Positions 8,915-17,855 of a DNA stretch of 64,000 bases are shown here, in pieces. Under the pieces are notes generated by a model. The model did no database searches, had not been told where the DNA came from, and worked only from the letters and a program-made list of their open reading frames with translations. A program made the translations under genes and the position numbers. This DNA comes from a virus (taxonomy: Duplodnaviria; Caudoviricetes): positions 8,819 to 72,818 of IMG/VR virus record IMGVR_UViG_3300043579_000163; one strand, given 5' to 3'. Positions within the stretch are counted from its first letter, which is position 1. Each line of letters begins with the position of its first letter.

Positions 8915-10110
8915 CGACTTGCAGTCTTTCCACTGTCTTTGTCCGTCGCCATACGCAACACGGAAAAGGGGTTGCCCATCTCCGCTGCGCCCTCAGCAAC
9001 TAGCGCGGCCCGGAAGGCGTCCGAGGATTTCTCCTTCTGCCCGCGGGGGGCGACCAGCTCAATTAACTTATCCAACGGTGTGAGTGTAATGTCGTAGAGA
9101 GCCTCGATTTTCTCGGCGTGTTCCGGCGGCACGAAACGCTTGGCAATCTCACCCACCTTCTTGGCGCTCTTGATGCTCAAGCGCTGCTGTGGGACCAGCA
9201 CGTAGCCGTCGGGAATGAACTCCTCGTCGTTGAGGGCCTTCTGCGTCGCGTTCTTGCGGAAGCTCTCTGCCCACAGCTTGACCACCTGCGCCAGCTTCAT
9301 GCCGGCGGAAACCTGCACGGGGTCCTCGAGCGTCACGGTGTTGATGTCATCGGGCACCACGAGCGGCGCATATTTGCGGCCTACCTGGATGGCTAGCTCT
9401 GCGACCTTGGGGCAACGACCAACCAGCGAACAGAAAAGACAAGTGCCAACCGTGGCCCGCGCCATAGAGAAATCCTCAGGATTCTTGCCTGCCTCAATGG
9501 CTCGAGCAACCACGGTCCGCACTCTAAGGAGAAACGCATCGGGAACCGAGATGTCAAAAGTGTGAGAAGATTCATGGTCAATGTGGGGTTGGAAAAACAG
9601 GACACGGCACGAGCGGAGTTTTGGATACCGTCTCTTCAGGCCCAGCATGTAGCTGATTCCCTGCAGGTTGTCCTCGGCGTTGGTAACGGCGTTGCGCCCG
9701 AACTTCCAGTCGATGATTTCCGCGTGAGTCTCGTCGGCGGAGACGATGCCCAGGTCCAGGTAGCCGGCAGTGGTGCCCACAAAGGGGACCTGCGCGGGCT
9801 TCCCGTCGAGGACTATATTTGTCCACACGCTCTCGTCGTCAATGGGCAGATATACTTCTTTCAGGACCGTCGCGCCAAACCCGAAGGCGGCGATGTGCTC
9901 GCTTGCCATCTCCTTGCACTGGGCCACGACCATCGCCTTGTAGTCGGGGATGCGGTTGTCGTCCTCTTCGGACTCGACGGCATTGTGTTGCAGGGTCCCC
10001 ATGATGGAGGCCTCGTTTTCCGACTGCGTGGGGTGATACTTGGGACAGGCTTCCCTGCACTGAAGGGTCGAGGGGGAGTAAGGATGGTGGACTCGGTCCT
10101 GGGCACTCAT
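8911..10110 (-). CDS. Cas4-like PD-(D/E)XK exonuclease
   Basis: SPSTL..C, GTLQH, GYLD, IIDWKFG, C-terminal CxxCx5C (Fe-S staple pattern). Confidence 0.85.
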   Translation of the reverse strand: MSAQDRVHHPYSPSTLQCREACPKYHPTQSENEASIMGTLQHNAVESEEDDNRIPDYKAMVVAQCKEMASEHIAAFGFGATVLKEVYLPIDDESVWTNIVLDGKPAQVPFVGTTAGYLDLGIVSADETHAEIIDWKFGRNAVTNAEDNLQGISYMLGLKRRYPKLRSCRVLFFQPHIDHESSHTFDISVPDAFLLRVRTVVARAIEAGKNPEDFSMARATVGTCLFCSLVGRCPKVAELAIQVGRKYAPLVVPDDINTVTLEDPVQVSAGMKLAQVVKLWAESFRKNATQKALNDEEFIPDGYVLVPQQRLSIKSAKKVGEIAKRFVPPEHAEKIEALYDITLTPLDKLIELVAPRGQKEKSSDAFRAALVAEGAAEMGNPFSVLRMATDKDSGKTASR

Positions 10111-10144
10111 GTTTGTCTTGGTAGCAACGTCTAGTTGTTCTGCT

Positions 10145-10175
10145 CAATAAGTGTGAACAAGGGGACGTTTGTCAA
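10145..10175 (-). promoter_or_regulatory. Class II promoter candidate
   Basis: TTGACA-N17-ACTTATTG upstream of nuclease gene; TGA of TTGACA is the upstream stop codon. Confidence 0.5.
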
Positions 10176-10399
10176 AGACGAGCCCGCTGAAAAAATAGAG
10201 TCTTCAGGGCCTCAAAAGCACCCTCTTTATCCAAGTCAAGGCAGCCCCTGTCCCCTATCAGCACCCACTCCTCCCGGACCTCAAGCGGTTTCTCCAGGTC
10301 TCTAGTTAGGTTGCAGTGAAGCCAGTCATAGTCCCCGAAAACATTAAGGTTGTTGTCGACAGGATAAGGGACCTTCAAATTTCGTGTTTGTGTTGGCAT
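10172..10399 (-). CDS. Hypothetical protein
   Basis: 75 aa ORF packed in operon. Confidence 0.55.
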   Translation of the reverse strand: MPTQTRNLKVPYPVDNNLNVFGDYDWLHCNLTRDLEKPLEVREEWVLIGDRGCLDLDKEGAFEALKTLFFQRARL

Positions 10400-10400
10400 A

Positions 10401-10562
10401 TCAGTGCTTGTAAAGAAAGGTGACCGTCGCCGTGATTGCCAGCGCGCTGAGCCAGTAGCACACGTCCGCCGGCTTCCGCTCCACGCCCCAGCGGAGCGCG
10501 TTGAGGAGATACAGCGACATGATGATGTAGTTGAAAAGCTTTGGGTCGAGGAAAAATTTCAC
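10401..10562 (-). CDS. Small membrane protein
   Basis: GTG start overlapping previous stop; two hydrophobic segments. Confidence 0.55.
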   Translation of the reverse strand: MKFFLDPKLFNYIIMSLYLLNALRWGVERKPADVCYWLSALAITATVTFLYKH

Positions 10563-10789
10563 GAGGCAGTTCCTCCCCGTTTCTCCTTGGCCGGAAGCCG
10601 CGGTGCCGGGACCAACCCGGAGGTGAGACCGCGCTTGGCACATTCCTCGCGGAAAGCTTCCGTGTCGGGCCTCCCGTCAGGACCCCAAAGGGTCCGCATG
10701 ATTTCACGTCCGCTGGTTCCTACCTTTCCTTTTTTCATGATGGTGGACTGTAGAGCAGCTGAGAAGTCGACGGAAAATATATCATTCAT
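10559..10789 (-). CDS. Hypothetical protein
   Basis: 76 aa ORF coupled to neighbour. Confidence 0.5.
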   Translation of the reverse strand: MNDIFSVDFSAALQSTIMKKGKVGTSGREIMRTLWGPDGRPDTEAFREECAKRGLTSGLVPAPRLPAKEKRGGTAS

Positions 10790-10823
10790 AGCACGCAGTT
10801 GTTAACGCCGGTTCGTATTCCGA

Positions 10824-10991
10824 CTACTTTTTGTTTCTGGGTTTAAAGTTTGGGTCGTGTTTGATTGCGGCCAGCAGTTGCCGTTGATTCTCGGCCTTCT
10901 CCGGCGTGGTGTCTTTGGCGAGCACGCGCCCGGTGTCCTTGTTGTAGACCCGGACATGCCCCTTCTTCAGTTTTCTAGTTCCGTATGGCAT
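10824..10991 (-). CDS. Small basic hypothetical protein (55 aa, not in ORF track)
   Basis: MPYGTRKLKKGHVRVYNKDTGRVLAKDTTPEKAENQRQLLAAIKH..., a pattern typical of small phage proteins. Confidence 0.6.
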   Translation of the reverse strand: MPYGTRKLKKGHVRVYNKDTGRVLAKDTTPEKAENQRQLLAAIKHDPNFKPRNKK

Positions 10992-11266
10992 TTTGTGTGG
11001 GATGGTGGTTGTGGTTTATGTAGCGGCACCAACCATTCCGTCTTGAGACGGTCCACGGCTGCGCCGCAAAGCCAACCCTCTCGCCAGAGCCTCTTGATTT
11101 TGTAGGCGTATCGGTGGAAGGCTGGACAATTTTCGAATCGAACTCCGCGACCTTGGTCATCGAAGCCCTGTGCCCAATGGTCGAAAACCTGCTGCTGACC
11201 CTTGTTCAAGGCCAGCTCGGGGTTGTCGGTGACGGTGAGTCTCTTGTTCTCTTCGCTTAGTTTCAT
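10967..11266 (-). CDS. Hypothetical protein (from MKLSEE)
   Basis: ORF on coding strand, AT-rich start context. Confidence 0.5.
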   Translation of the reverse strand: MKLSEENKRLTVTDNPELALNKGQQQVFDHWAQGFDDQGRGVRFENCPAFHRYAYKIKRLWREGWLCGAAVDRLKTEWLVPLHKPQPPSHTKCHTELEN

Positions 11267-11273
11267 ATATGGC

Positions 11274-11444
11274 TTAGCCTCCACCGTAACTAAAGAATCC
11301 CTTGGGCTCTGTGACATCTTCAGGCTCCTGGTTCAGGTCCGCGTGGTCATACCCCAGCTTTTCGGCAATCAGCCGTCGCGCCTCTTCCTTATTCGGAGCG
11401 AGTGCAAACATGACATCCTCCCAAACGTAAAGTTTTAATTTCAT
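11274..11444 (-). CDS. Hypothetical protein (56 aa, not in ORF track)
   Basis: ATGA overlap with helicase stop; MKLKLYVWEDVMFALAPNKEEARRLIAEKLG. Confidence 0.6.
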   Translation of the reverse strand: MKLKLYVWEDVMFALAPNKEEARRLIAEKLGYDHADLNQEPEDVTEPKGFFSYGGG

Positions 11445-12928
11445 AACACCGAGAAGATATCAGACAGTTCATGCTCCGTCAAATGGAGATTTGAGGCGAA
11501 CAGGTCCCCGTCGTTCAGCGCGTCCTGCTGGTTCAGGCGGGTCACCAGTCGGCGATGCACGTTCTCCTCGCGCGTCCCGGCGGCTAGAACCACTCGGTAG
11601 AGCGACTTGCTTTTTGCTCCGATGCGCGGCAGCCGTCCGAAGACTTGTCGTATGTTAACGGCCGATGAACAAGGCGAAACGTAGCCAATGCGAGGCGCGT
11701 CACCAACAGAGTCGTGCAAAGAAATACAGATGCCACCAGCAGCAGAATTAGCGACAAGCCTGCGGTCGCGGCCAGCTTGAAAAGAGTCGATGCAATGTTG
11801 CCGGCGCTTCTGGCCGGCGGGCCCGACTTGCGAGCCGTCGATGCGGCAGTCCGTCTTGAGTCGCTTGCAGAGTTCATCCAAGGTTTGGGTGAAGGTCACG
11901 AAGTTGACCACGCTGTAGCCCTGGTCGTTCGCGTCCTCGGTGAGTTGCACAAAGATGGGGACCTTCAGCAGCTCGATTTCTTGGAGAGCGCGGAGGATTT
12001 CCGTCAGGTGCGTCTTCTTATCCGACGCGGCCTTGTCATGCAGCGCTCGGATTGAGTCATCCATCTGTTCATAGAGCCTGTCGATTGCCCGGCCCTCGTT
12101 CAGGTCGTAAAGTTCCGCGGTGATTTGACACTCGGGGAAGTCGGGCAGGTCCCTGGTCCTGATTCGTATTCCGTGCTCGGGGAAAATCTCTTCATTGAGC
12201 CGGGCCATCACGCGCTTGCGGTCCTCCTCCTTGCCGGCGAAGTAGAGACCGCCATGCGGTGAGGGCCTACAGTTCCAGCGGCGGACCCAGGTCCAGAAGC
12301 GCAGTCCCTCGTCCAGCTCGTGTAGCCCCAGCGTGTAGCCCAGGGCCTTGAAGTCGAGCGGGCTGTCTCCGGCGGTGGCCGAGAGCCCAATCACGCGTAG
12401 GCCCTGCCGGCGCGCGGCAATCAACATCTCCGCGTTGAGCGAGTCAGTGGCCTTACAGCGGTGGACCTCGTCGAACACGGCGGACTTGACCTCGGGGTGG
12501 AAAACGAAACGCCCGTAGTTGTGCGGGACGGACTTTGTCTCAACGCAGTGAACCGGCCCGTAGGGGCAGCGGGGCGTGTCCTCTTCCACCCAGCACTGGC
12601 ATTGAGTGCATTTCAGGCGTGACTTGAGGGGACCTGTCTTGGGAAACTGCCATCGACCGAAAGGCGTTCGTCCGCCCCTAAGCATCTCGTAGCCAATGAC
12701 ATCGAACTCGACCCCCAGGTGCTCCCCGGCGCGCAGCCAGCCGGGCCTCGCGACATCGGGGCAAACCACCAGCGTGGGCAGGTTCAGCTCCCGCAGCACG
12801 GCACCGGCCACATAAGATTTCCCAGTTCCCATGTCGGAGCCGTCGAGCGCGGCCCCGTAGCGCTTGATGCACGCAAGCAGGTGCTCCGCGGCTGGTCCCT
12901 GGTGGGGCTTCAGCCCGGCGGCGTTCAT
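11441..12928 (-). CDS. SF2 (SNF2-like) DNA helicase
   Basis: DMGTGKS, VFDEVH, LSAT, GGICISLH, QVFGRLPRIG. Confidence 0.9.
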   Translation of the reverse strand: MNAAGLKPHQGPAAEHLLACIKRYGAALDGSDMGTGKSYVAGAVLRELNLPTLVVCPDVARPGWLRAGEHLGVEFDVIGYEMLRGGRTPFGRWQFPKTGPLKSRLKCTQCQCWVEEDTPRCPYGPVHCVETKSVPHNYGRFVFHPEVKSAVFDEVHRCKATDSLNAEMLIAARRQGLRVIGLSATAGDSPLDFKALGYTLGLHELDEGLRFWTWVRRWNCRPSPHGGLYFAGKEEDRKRVMARLNEEIFPEHGIRIRTRDLPDFPECQITAELYDLNEGRAIDRLYEQMDDSIRALHDKAASDKKTHLTEILRALQEIELLKVPIFVQLTEDANDQGYSVVNFVTFTQTLDELCKRLKTDCRIDGSQVGPAGQKRRQHCIDSFQAGRDRRLVANSAAGGICISLHDSVGDAPRIGYVSPCSSAVNIRQVFGRLPRIGAKSKSLYRVVLAAGTREENVHRRLVTRLNQQDALNDGDLFASNLHLTEHELSDIFSVL

Positions 12929-13504
12929 TCACAGATTGATTTTGAGAACCTTCACGGAGCCCAAGCACAGCAGACCATCAACAGGAACGATGCGCCCGTT
13001 CTGCGGCTCGAGGAAAAACCACTGACCGTCGTTGCGGCGAATCGTAATCATCGCATGGTAAGCCAGTGGGACGGCATCTTCTCCCGGAAAAATTTCTGAG
13101 ATGTCTCCCTCGAGTCGAACGTAGGCCACGGCGACCGTGAGCCCCACCTCAGCTTTGAAGTGTCTAAGGGCCCAGACATCCGCCCAATACTTGAACTCGC
13201 GGGCGAAGTTATCACAATCCCAGGCCTCACTGACATACGGGGTCCACTCCTTGTGGGCGAGGGCGAAGGCAACCATCGAATCAATTTGCGTCTGAGTCGG
13301 AGAAATGTAGTAGGCATCCTCAGGACCGAGCAACAGATTTGATTCAGCATCTTCATTGGGCATCTGCCATAGCAGACATTCTCCGACGGTTGCAGATAGG
13401 TCTCTCCAGTAGATGACGGTTGTGCGGTCGTGGGTTTCGTTGTCAGCTTGTGCGGTTCCGAGCAGGGTTATTGCGAGCAGAAGACTCGCGATTAGTTTTT
13501 TCAA
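12929..13504 (-). CDS. Secreted transglutaminase/papain-like cysteine protease-fold protein
   Basis: Signal peptide MKKLIASLLLAITLLGTAQA; WDCDNFA (Cys), YHAMI (His), FFLEPQ (Glu). Confidence 0.65.
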   Translation of the reverse strand: MKKLIASLLLAITLLGTAQADNETHDRTTVIYWRDLSATVGECLLWQMPNEDAESNLLLGPEDAYYISPTQTQIDSMVAFALAHKEWTPYVSEAWDCDNFAREFKYWADVWALRHFKAEVGLTVAVAYVRLEGDISEIFPGEDAVPLAYHAMITIRRNDGQWFFLEPQNGRIVPVDGLLCLGSVKVLKINL

Positions 13505-14132
13505 ACTGGTTTATCCAGCCTTTCAACACGCGGGGTGAATGTCGCAGGAGATAGTGATTTCGGACCAAAGACTGGTCCTGAAGTAAATTGCTGATTTCGG
13601 GCCGGGTCAGCAGGTGACCCTTGAACCAATGCAGCCACTCGCGGTCCGTTGCGGTGGCGGGAACATGTCCGCTATCAATGGCGTGGTGCTTGAACTCGAG
13701 CATCTCTCCTGAGAGGCGAGTGCGGAGCAAATAGAACCATTCGGGTTCGATGAACAGGGAAAACTTGTCGGCCCAACAGATGTCAGACGGGGCCTCGCCG
13801 TTATCGCGCGCCAGGGAGCCGCTGTGAAATATGCATCGGTGCGCGGCCTCGGCCCCGATGAGGCAAGAAGAGAATTCTTTGTTGCCTCGCAGCCTACTCC
13901 ACCAGTATACAAGCTTGCCTACGAGCTGAGCGCCCAGTAAAGGATGAAGCTTGCCCTCCTTGCCGTCGATGTCTCCGCGGCCCCAGTAGCCAACGTCATG
14001 AAAGACAATACAGAGCCATCCGACCAAGTCGGGCCACTGGCGGAAAAGCTTTCGGTATGCGAGCGCGACGGTTAAAGGGTGCCACAGAAACTGATGGCAG
14101 CCAAACAGCAATGACTTGGTTCCGATTTTCAC
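13443..14132 (-). CDS. HD-domain phosphohydrolase-like protein
   Basis: H..H, FHDVGY, HP, FHS, WADK pattern. Confidence 0.6.
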   Translation of the reverse strand: MKIGTKSLLFGCHQFLWHPLTVALAYRKLFRQWPDLVGWLCIVFHDVGYWGRGDIDGKEGKLHPLLGAQLVGKLVYWWSRLRGNKEFSSCLIGAEAAHRCIFHSGSLARDNGEAPSDICWADKFSLFIEPEWFYLLRTRLSGEMLEFKHHAIDSGHVPATATDREWLHWFKGHLLTRPEISNLLQDQSLVRNHYLLRHSPRVLKGWINQFEKTNRESSARNNPARNRTS

Positions 14133-14674
14133 TGTGCGAAGGCGTAGAATCTCGACTGCCGGAAAAGCTCCACGGTCTCGTTCGTTTTCTTCAGAGGGAG
14201 AAGATTATTCACGGCCCACTCGAAAAGCTTGGCGTGATATTGCTCGAGAGTCCCGTCGTTGAGAAGCACTTCATCACAGTCCTCGGGCCCGTAGGTCACC
14301 GTGGGGTCCACGGGGATTCCAGGCCTGTCAATCCAGATGATGCGGTCAAACAGGCCTTCAGCCTTGACGGCCTGAATCTCCTTGATGTCGCGCAGGCCGG
14401 CGGCGATGTCTCCGGACTCCACAACTAGGCGCGCGAGGAAGCATTGGTCCGTGGTGCGGATGAAATCCAATTCTTGCTTCCACAGCTCGCGGTTCTTGCG
14501 CCTCTCTTCCCATGCTTGGCAGGGATGCACCCCGAGCACGCGGGCCATATGAGGCAGGCCTGCCCAAGAGAAGCTTCCAGCGTAGCGGAGCTGCGTGACG
14601 CGGCCTAGGAAAATTGCCCCGGCGTCTTTCCCTGCCCTCCCGAAACCACAGAACAAAATCTTTTTATAATTCAT
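14129..14674 (-). CDS. Deoxynucleotide monophosphate kinase-like P-loop protein
   Basis: ILFCGFGRAGKD; GLRDIKE; IIWIDRPG; DEVLLNDGTLE. Confidence 0.75.
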   Translation of the reverse strand: MNYKKILFCGFGRAGKDAGAIFLGRVTQLRYAGSFSWAGLPHMARVLGVHPCQAWEERRKNRELWKQELDFIRTTDQCFLARLVVESGDIAAGLRDIKEIQAVKAEGLFDRIIWIDRPGIPVDPTVTYGPEDCDEVLLNDGTLEQYHAKLFEWAVNNLLPLKKTNETVELFRQSRFYAFAQ

Positions 14675-14679
14675 CGCGT

Positions 14680-14886
14680 TTAATCTTTCCGGAAGAGTGA
14701 TTTAATTTTGGGTAGCAGGTCTTCACGGTGATGTGAAAGGGCTAACCAAATTAAGAACCACTCCGAACTAGACCATGCCGGTCCTTGGGTGGTCCCAAGA
14801 CGATACCCTGGGGGTTCTCCCTCGGGACAAATCTCTTTCCTGATGTCTGCTGGGGTTCGTAGGGCATGAGTGACGGGAGGTGCCAT
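14680..14886 (-). CDS. Hypothetical protein
   Basis: 68 aa ORF in operon. Confidence 0.45.
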   Translation of the reverse strand: MAPPVTHALRTPADIRKEICPEGEPPGYRLGTTQGPAWSSSEWFLIWLALSHHREDLLPKIKSLFRKD

Positions 14887-14962
14887 TCGATTTGGAGGTC
14901 GTGACTCTCCGCGAACGACCGGAAATAGTCGGTCCGGTATTCGCTAAGCTGTGGGGAGGTTA

Positions 14963-15148
14963 TCACGACGGGTTGTTGGGTTCGGTAACTGGGACACGGC
15001 ACTCAAGTTCGCAGAGCTGGGATTGGGCGAGCAAAACGATTTCACGAAGCTGGGGCAGCGTGAGCCCCCTCACAAACATAGTGTTCGGCATCATCGTCTC
15101 TTGAACGGAGACGGTGCGAAGAATTTCGCGGATTTGCTCCAGGGTCAT
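14963..15148 (-). CDS. Hypothetical protein
   Basis: 61 aa ORF, ATGA coupling. Confidence 0.5.
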   Translation of the reverse strand: MTLEQIREILRTVSVQETMMPNTMFVRGLTLPQLREIVLLAQSQLCELECRVPVTEPNNPS

Positions 15149-15537
15149 AGGGGGTTTTCCTCTCGCGACTTGGTTCGGAATTCAATCTCCGTCTGGATGC
15201 GCGCGAAGCACATCAGGGTGTAGTCGTGCAGGGGCCGATACTTGCCGGCGGTATAACTTTCTGAGCGCGCAATCAGGTGCTTGAGATGCGAGGACACACG
15301 AGCAGCCTGCTTAAGCCGGCGAATCAACTGATGGAAAGTGAGCGTGCCCAGCTTCTCGATGTATTTCTCGTCCCGATTCCGAGGTGCTTGGCGCGCGAGA
15401 TACTTCTTGGAGCGTCGGCGAGCCGCGACCTTGCGCTCGTGGTTGGTGGCTTTCGTCTTCGGGTCGAACAGGTCCTTCTCGACTTCAAGACAAAGGTCAG
15501 GGTCCCTAACGTCGGTATCAGTGGATGAGTTGTTCAT
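15145..15537 (-). CDS. Hypothetical basic protein (from MNNSS)
   Basis: ATG overlaps upstream TGA at 15534-15537. Confidence 0.55.
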   Translation of the reverse strand: MNNSSTDTDVRDPDLCLEVEKDLFDPKTKATNHERKVAARRRSKKYLARQAPRNRDEKYIEKLGTLTFHQLIRRLKQAARVSSHLKHLIARSESYTAGKYRPLHDYTLMCFARIQTEIEFRTKSREENPL

Positions 15538-15737
15538 TTGATTGGTTCGTTTACTAGCGCCACAATATACGCACATGTCGAGCACAGGTCAAACTTCACC
15601 CCGTCATCCCGACAGATTGTATGGCGGTTTGTTCGAACCTTGTTGCCATTCGCCGCGATATAGTCCACACAATCAAATTCTGGGCCAGCGATTTCCACAC
15701 CATGCAGAGGGCAGAATTTGTTGCAGCAAAACTTCAC
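15534..15737 (-). CDS. Small Cys-rich (zinc-finger-like) protein
   Basis: CCNKFC...CSTC. Confidence 0.5.
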   Translation of the reverse strand: MKFCCNKFCPLHGVEIAGPEFDCVDYIAANGNKVRTNRHTICRDDGVKFDLCSTCAYIVALVNEPIK

Positions 15738-16396
15738 TTAACGGGGGCCTTATCGGCTTCGGGAGTCTTCGCAACCTTCGGAGCCTTAGGGGCGGGCAGG
15801 TGCTCGGGCGGAGTGAACACCGGTGCGGTTACGCGTTTAGGTGCCGGGGGAGTCTTGCGCGGCCCCTGGGGCAGCTCTTGCGGGTGCTTCTTCAACCGTA
15901 GAGCCAGCTCGCGGCTCTCGCTGCCGAGGATTTCCTGGATGATGGTGGGCAGGTTTTCCACGGGAATGCTGGCGTTAACCTGATTGGAAAATCGCGTTGC
16001 GTTCCGCGTCATGCGGTCCTTGAGGGTCAGTCCGACCATGCCCTTGTCCTGCAGGTAGCGCAGCAACACGTCGTGGGCTGCGCCTTCGAAGAACACCGTG
16101 CCAATCTCGCGGAAGGCCTCCGCGCCGGTTCCGTCGGCGGTCGGGGTCTCGATGAAAAGCTGGCGCAGGGTCATGCCCGGATAGGGGTTCAAAAACTGAG
16201 GGGCGTCCTCGCGGGTCTCGATACAAGAGCCGGTCCTCCGCGCCTCCCCGGGGAGCAGCTTGGGAAACTGCTTCTTCAGCTCGAGGTAGAGATTGTCATA
16301 GTCTCGCTTGGCAATGCCAGTGAGCGGGGCTTCAACGGTGACAGTTTCCGGCACTCCGGGAACCCGATAGAATCCAACGATGAAAGAGAGGGGCAT
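15734..16396 (-). CDS. Hypothetical protein with Pro/Lys-rich C-terminus
   Basis: 220 aa ORF, A-rich leader. Confidence 0.65.
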   Translation of the reverse strand: MPLSFIVGFYRVPGVPETVTVEAPLTGIAKRDYDNLYLELKKQFPKLLPGEARRTGSCIETREDAPQFLNPYPGMTLRQLFIETPTADGTGAEAFREIGTVFFEGAAHDVLLRYLQDKGMVGLTLKDRMTRNATRFSNQVNASIPVENLPTIIQEILGSESRELALRLKKHPQELPQGPRKTPPAPKRVTAPVFTPPEHLPAPKAPKVAKTPEADKAPVK

Positions 16397-16401
16397 GGTT
16401 T

Positions 16402-16503
16402 TTAGGTTTGGTTTTGTCCCGCGTTAAGACGGGCCTTTGTTCGGGATGCAGCGGGGTTCTCCCGCCTCCATTTTCGTTGGGCCAGCGCATGAGCCTTGGG
16501 CAT
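16402..16503 (-). pseudogene. Possible truncated HNH endonuclease N-terminus (33 aa)
   Basis: MPKAHALAQRKWRRENPAASR resembles the basic W-R/K-x-x-H/N-P leader of the HNH at 38759; has own promoter. Confidence 0.35.
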
Positions 16504-16509
16504 AACAAC

Positions 16510-16539
16510 AAAGAAGTTTGGCTCCAGGCGGGATGTCAA
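16510..16539 (-). promoter_or_regulatory. Class II promoter candidate
   Basis: TTGACA-N16-ACTTCTTT; TGA is stop of 16536-16991. Confidence 0.5.
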
Positions 16540-16991
16540 CGAGATTCTTGGATGGTCTTCATCCACGCCGGGGCCGGCGCAAAAAGGTCCGCCATCTTCC
16601 GGGGGGCCTGCCTCTCATGGTCGTCATTGCACATCCAGCACATCGTGTAAAAGTCCCCGCTAATTCGATTGACGCAGCCCCAGTCGGTTTTTCCCGCCAC
16701 CAATCGCGGCGCCTGCCGGTCGTTGTCCATGAAGTAAAACTTGCCCTCCCACTGGAACAACACGGCGGCATGGTGACTACGTAGTCCACCCATCTGTTGC
16801 CACCCGTAGACGATGCGGTGCGCCGGAATTCCCTGCTTTTGCAGCATCCTTAGCGCGTCCCGGCTGAATGGGTCACAGTGCATCCTCACCATGTAGTCCG
16901 GAAGGTGTTTAAACGACGGTGGAGGAGCGGATAGAGCGGCCCAGGTGGACGCCGCGCACAACAGCCAGATGAAAAATAGTTTTAGTTTCAT
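16536..16991 (-). CDS. Secreted transglutaminase-like cysteine protease-fold protein
   Basis: Signal peptide; HCDPFS (Cys), HHAAVLF (His), YFMDN (Asp). Confidence 0.6.
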   Translation of the reverse strand: MKLKLFFIWLLCAASTWAALSAPPPSFKHLPDYMVRMHCDPFSRDALRMLQKQGIPAHRIVYGWQQMGGLRSHHAAVLFQWEGKFYFMDNDRQAPRLVAGKTDWGCVNRISGDFYTMCWMCNDDHERQAPRKMADLFAPAPAWMKTIQESR

Positions 16992-17010
16992 AAAAGTTTT
17001 GATTGGTTGG

Positions 17011-17199
17011 TCACCAGCGATACCCGGGACGATTGCAAGGCGCTATGTATTCCGTAACCGAGACGATGCTCTCCACCATCGCGGACCCGTGCCGCGCGCG
17101 GACCACCGCGATTGCCTCTTCCACGTCATGGCCTGGCACGTTGATGTCGTTGAATCGAATCCTCCCCTTGCTCCAAACCACGTCGAATTTTTTGTTCAT
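17011..17199 (-). CDS. Hypothetical early protein
   Basis: 62 aa ORF. Confidence 0.55.
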   Translation of the reverse strand: MNKKFDVVWSKGRIRFNDINVPGHDVEEAIAVVRARHGSAMVESIVSVTEYIAPCNRPGYRW

Positions 17200-17202
17200 G
17201 AG

Positions 17203-17442
17203 TTAACGTCGCACAGGTTGAGTTGGTGTCAAGAGAAGCCCGCCATACACCGACTTGTGGTTGTTGTAGCTGGTGTTCCGGATGCCGTCATTGCAGCGAT
17301 CAGGCGTGCAGAACCCGCGCCAGCGGTAGGCCTCGCGACCATCCGCAAGCGTCTCGCTCCAGATGTCGCACACCACAAACCTGTGCCCTTGGATGTTTAC
17401 GGTCTGGCCCAGGTGGTAAGGGAATCGCAGGAAGTCTTTCAT
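17203..17442 (-). CDS. Hypothetical early protein
   Basis: 79 aa ORF. Confidence 0.55.
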   Translation of the reverse strand: MKDFLRFPYHLGQTVNIQGHRFVVCDIWSETLADGREAYRWRGFCTPDRCNDGIRNTSYNNHKSVYGGLLLTPTQPVRR

Positions 17443-17450
17443 GAGGCCCC

Positions 17451-17813
17451 TCAGCGGAGATACGCCGTGAACAGTCCCCCGCCGTTGTTGATGAACGCAC
17501 CGTTCCAGAGGTTCGACACGTCGCCCTTGCGGATGTTACCTCGAGCACCCTTGGCCGGCGTGGCCCAGCCGGCGCACTTCAGGATGTTGCCGTTGGTCAG
17601 GTCGATAAACCCGAAGGCATGGCGGGTTCGGTCGTTAATCTTCGCGACGAGGCGGGCATACTTCTTGCCGACCGTGAAGGCGATGGTTTCCCAGTTCAGC
17701 TCGCAATCGGGATACGCGGCGCGCAGGCCAGCGTTGTGGCGGGCCGACACGGCGGCGACGAAGGCCTCGAGTTCAGCTTTGGTGACGACTTGGCTTTGAA
17801 TGATTTCGCTCAT
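17451..17813 (-). CDS. Conserved phage early protein (K-x-A-x-W-x-x-PAK-x-x-RGN motif)
   Basis: GKKYARLV...FIDLTNGNILKCAGWATPAKGARGNI; start MSEII directly after a promoter. Confidence 0.7.
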   Translation of the reverse strand: MSEIIQSQVVTKAELEAFVAAVSARHNAGLRAAYPDCELNWETIAFTVGKKYARLVAKINDRTRHAFGFIDLTNGNILKCAGWATPAKGARGNIRKGDVSNLWNGAFINNGGGLFTAYLR

Positions 17814-17818
17814 GGGTG

Positions 17819-17846
17819 AATGTGCCACAGGTTGGCGAGAGTGCAA
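17819..17846 (-). promoter_or_regulatory. Class I promoter (leaderless transcript)
   Basis: TTGCAC-N16-CACATT with extended TG; 5 nt to ATG. Confidence 0.6.
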
Positions 17847-17855
17847 GAAAAAATT

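Noticed and set aside
13443-14674. Diaminopurine (dZ) genome system
   Set aside because: No PurZ-like gene in the window; an HD domain alone is insufficient
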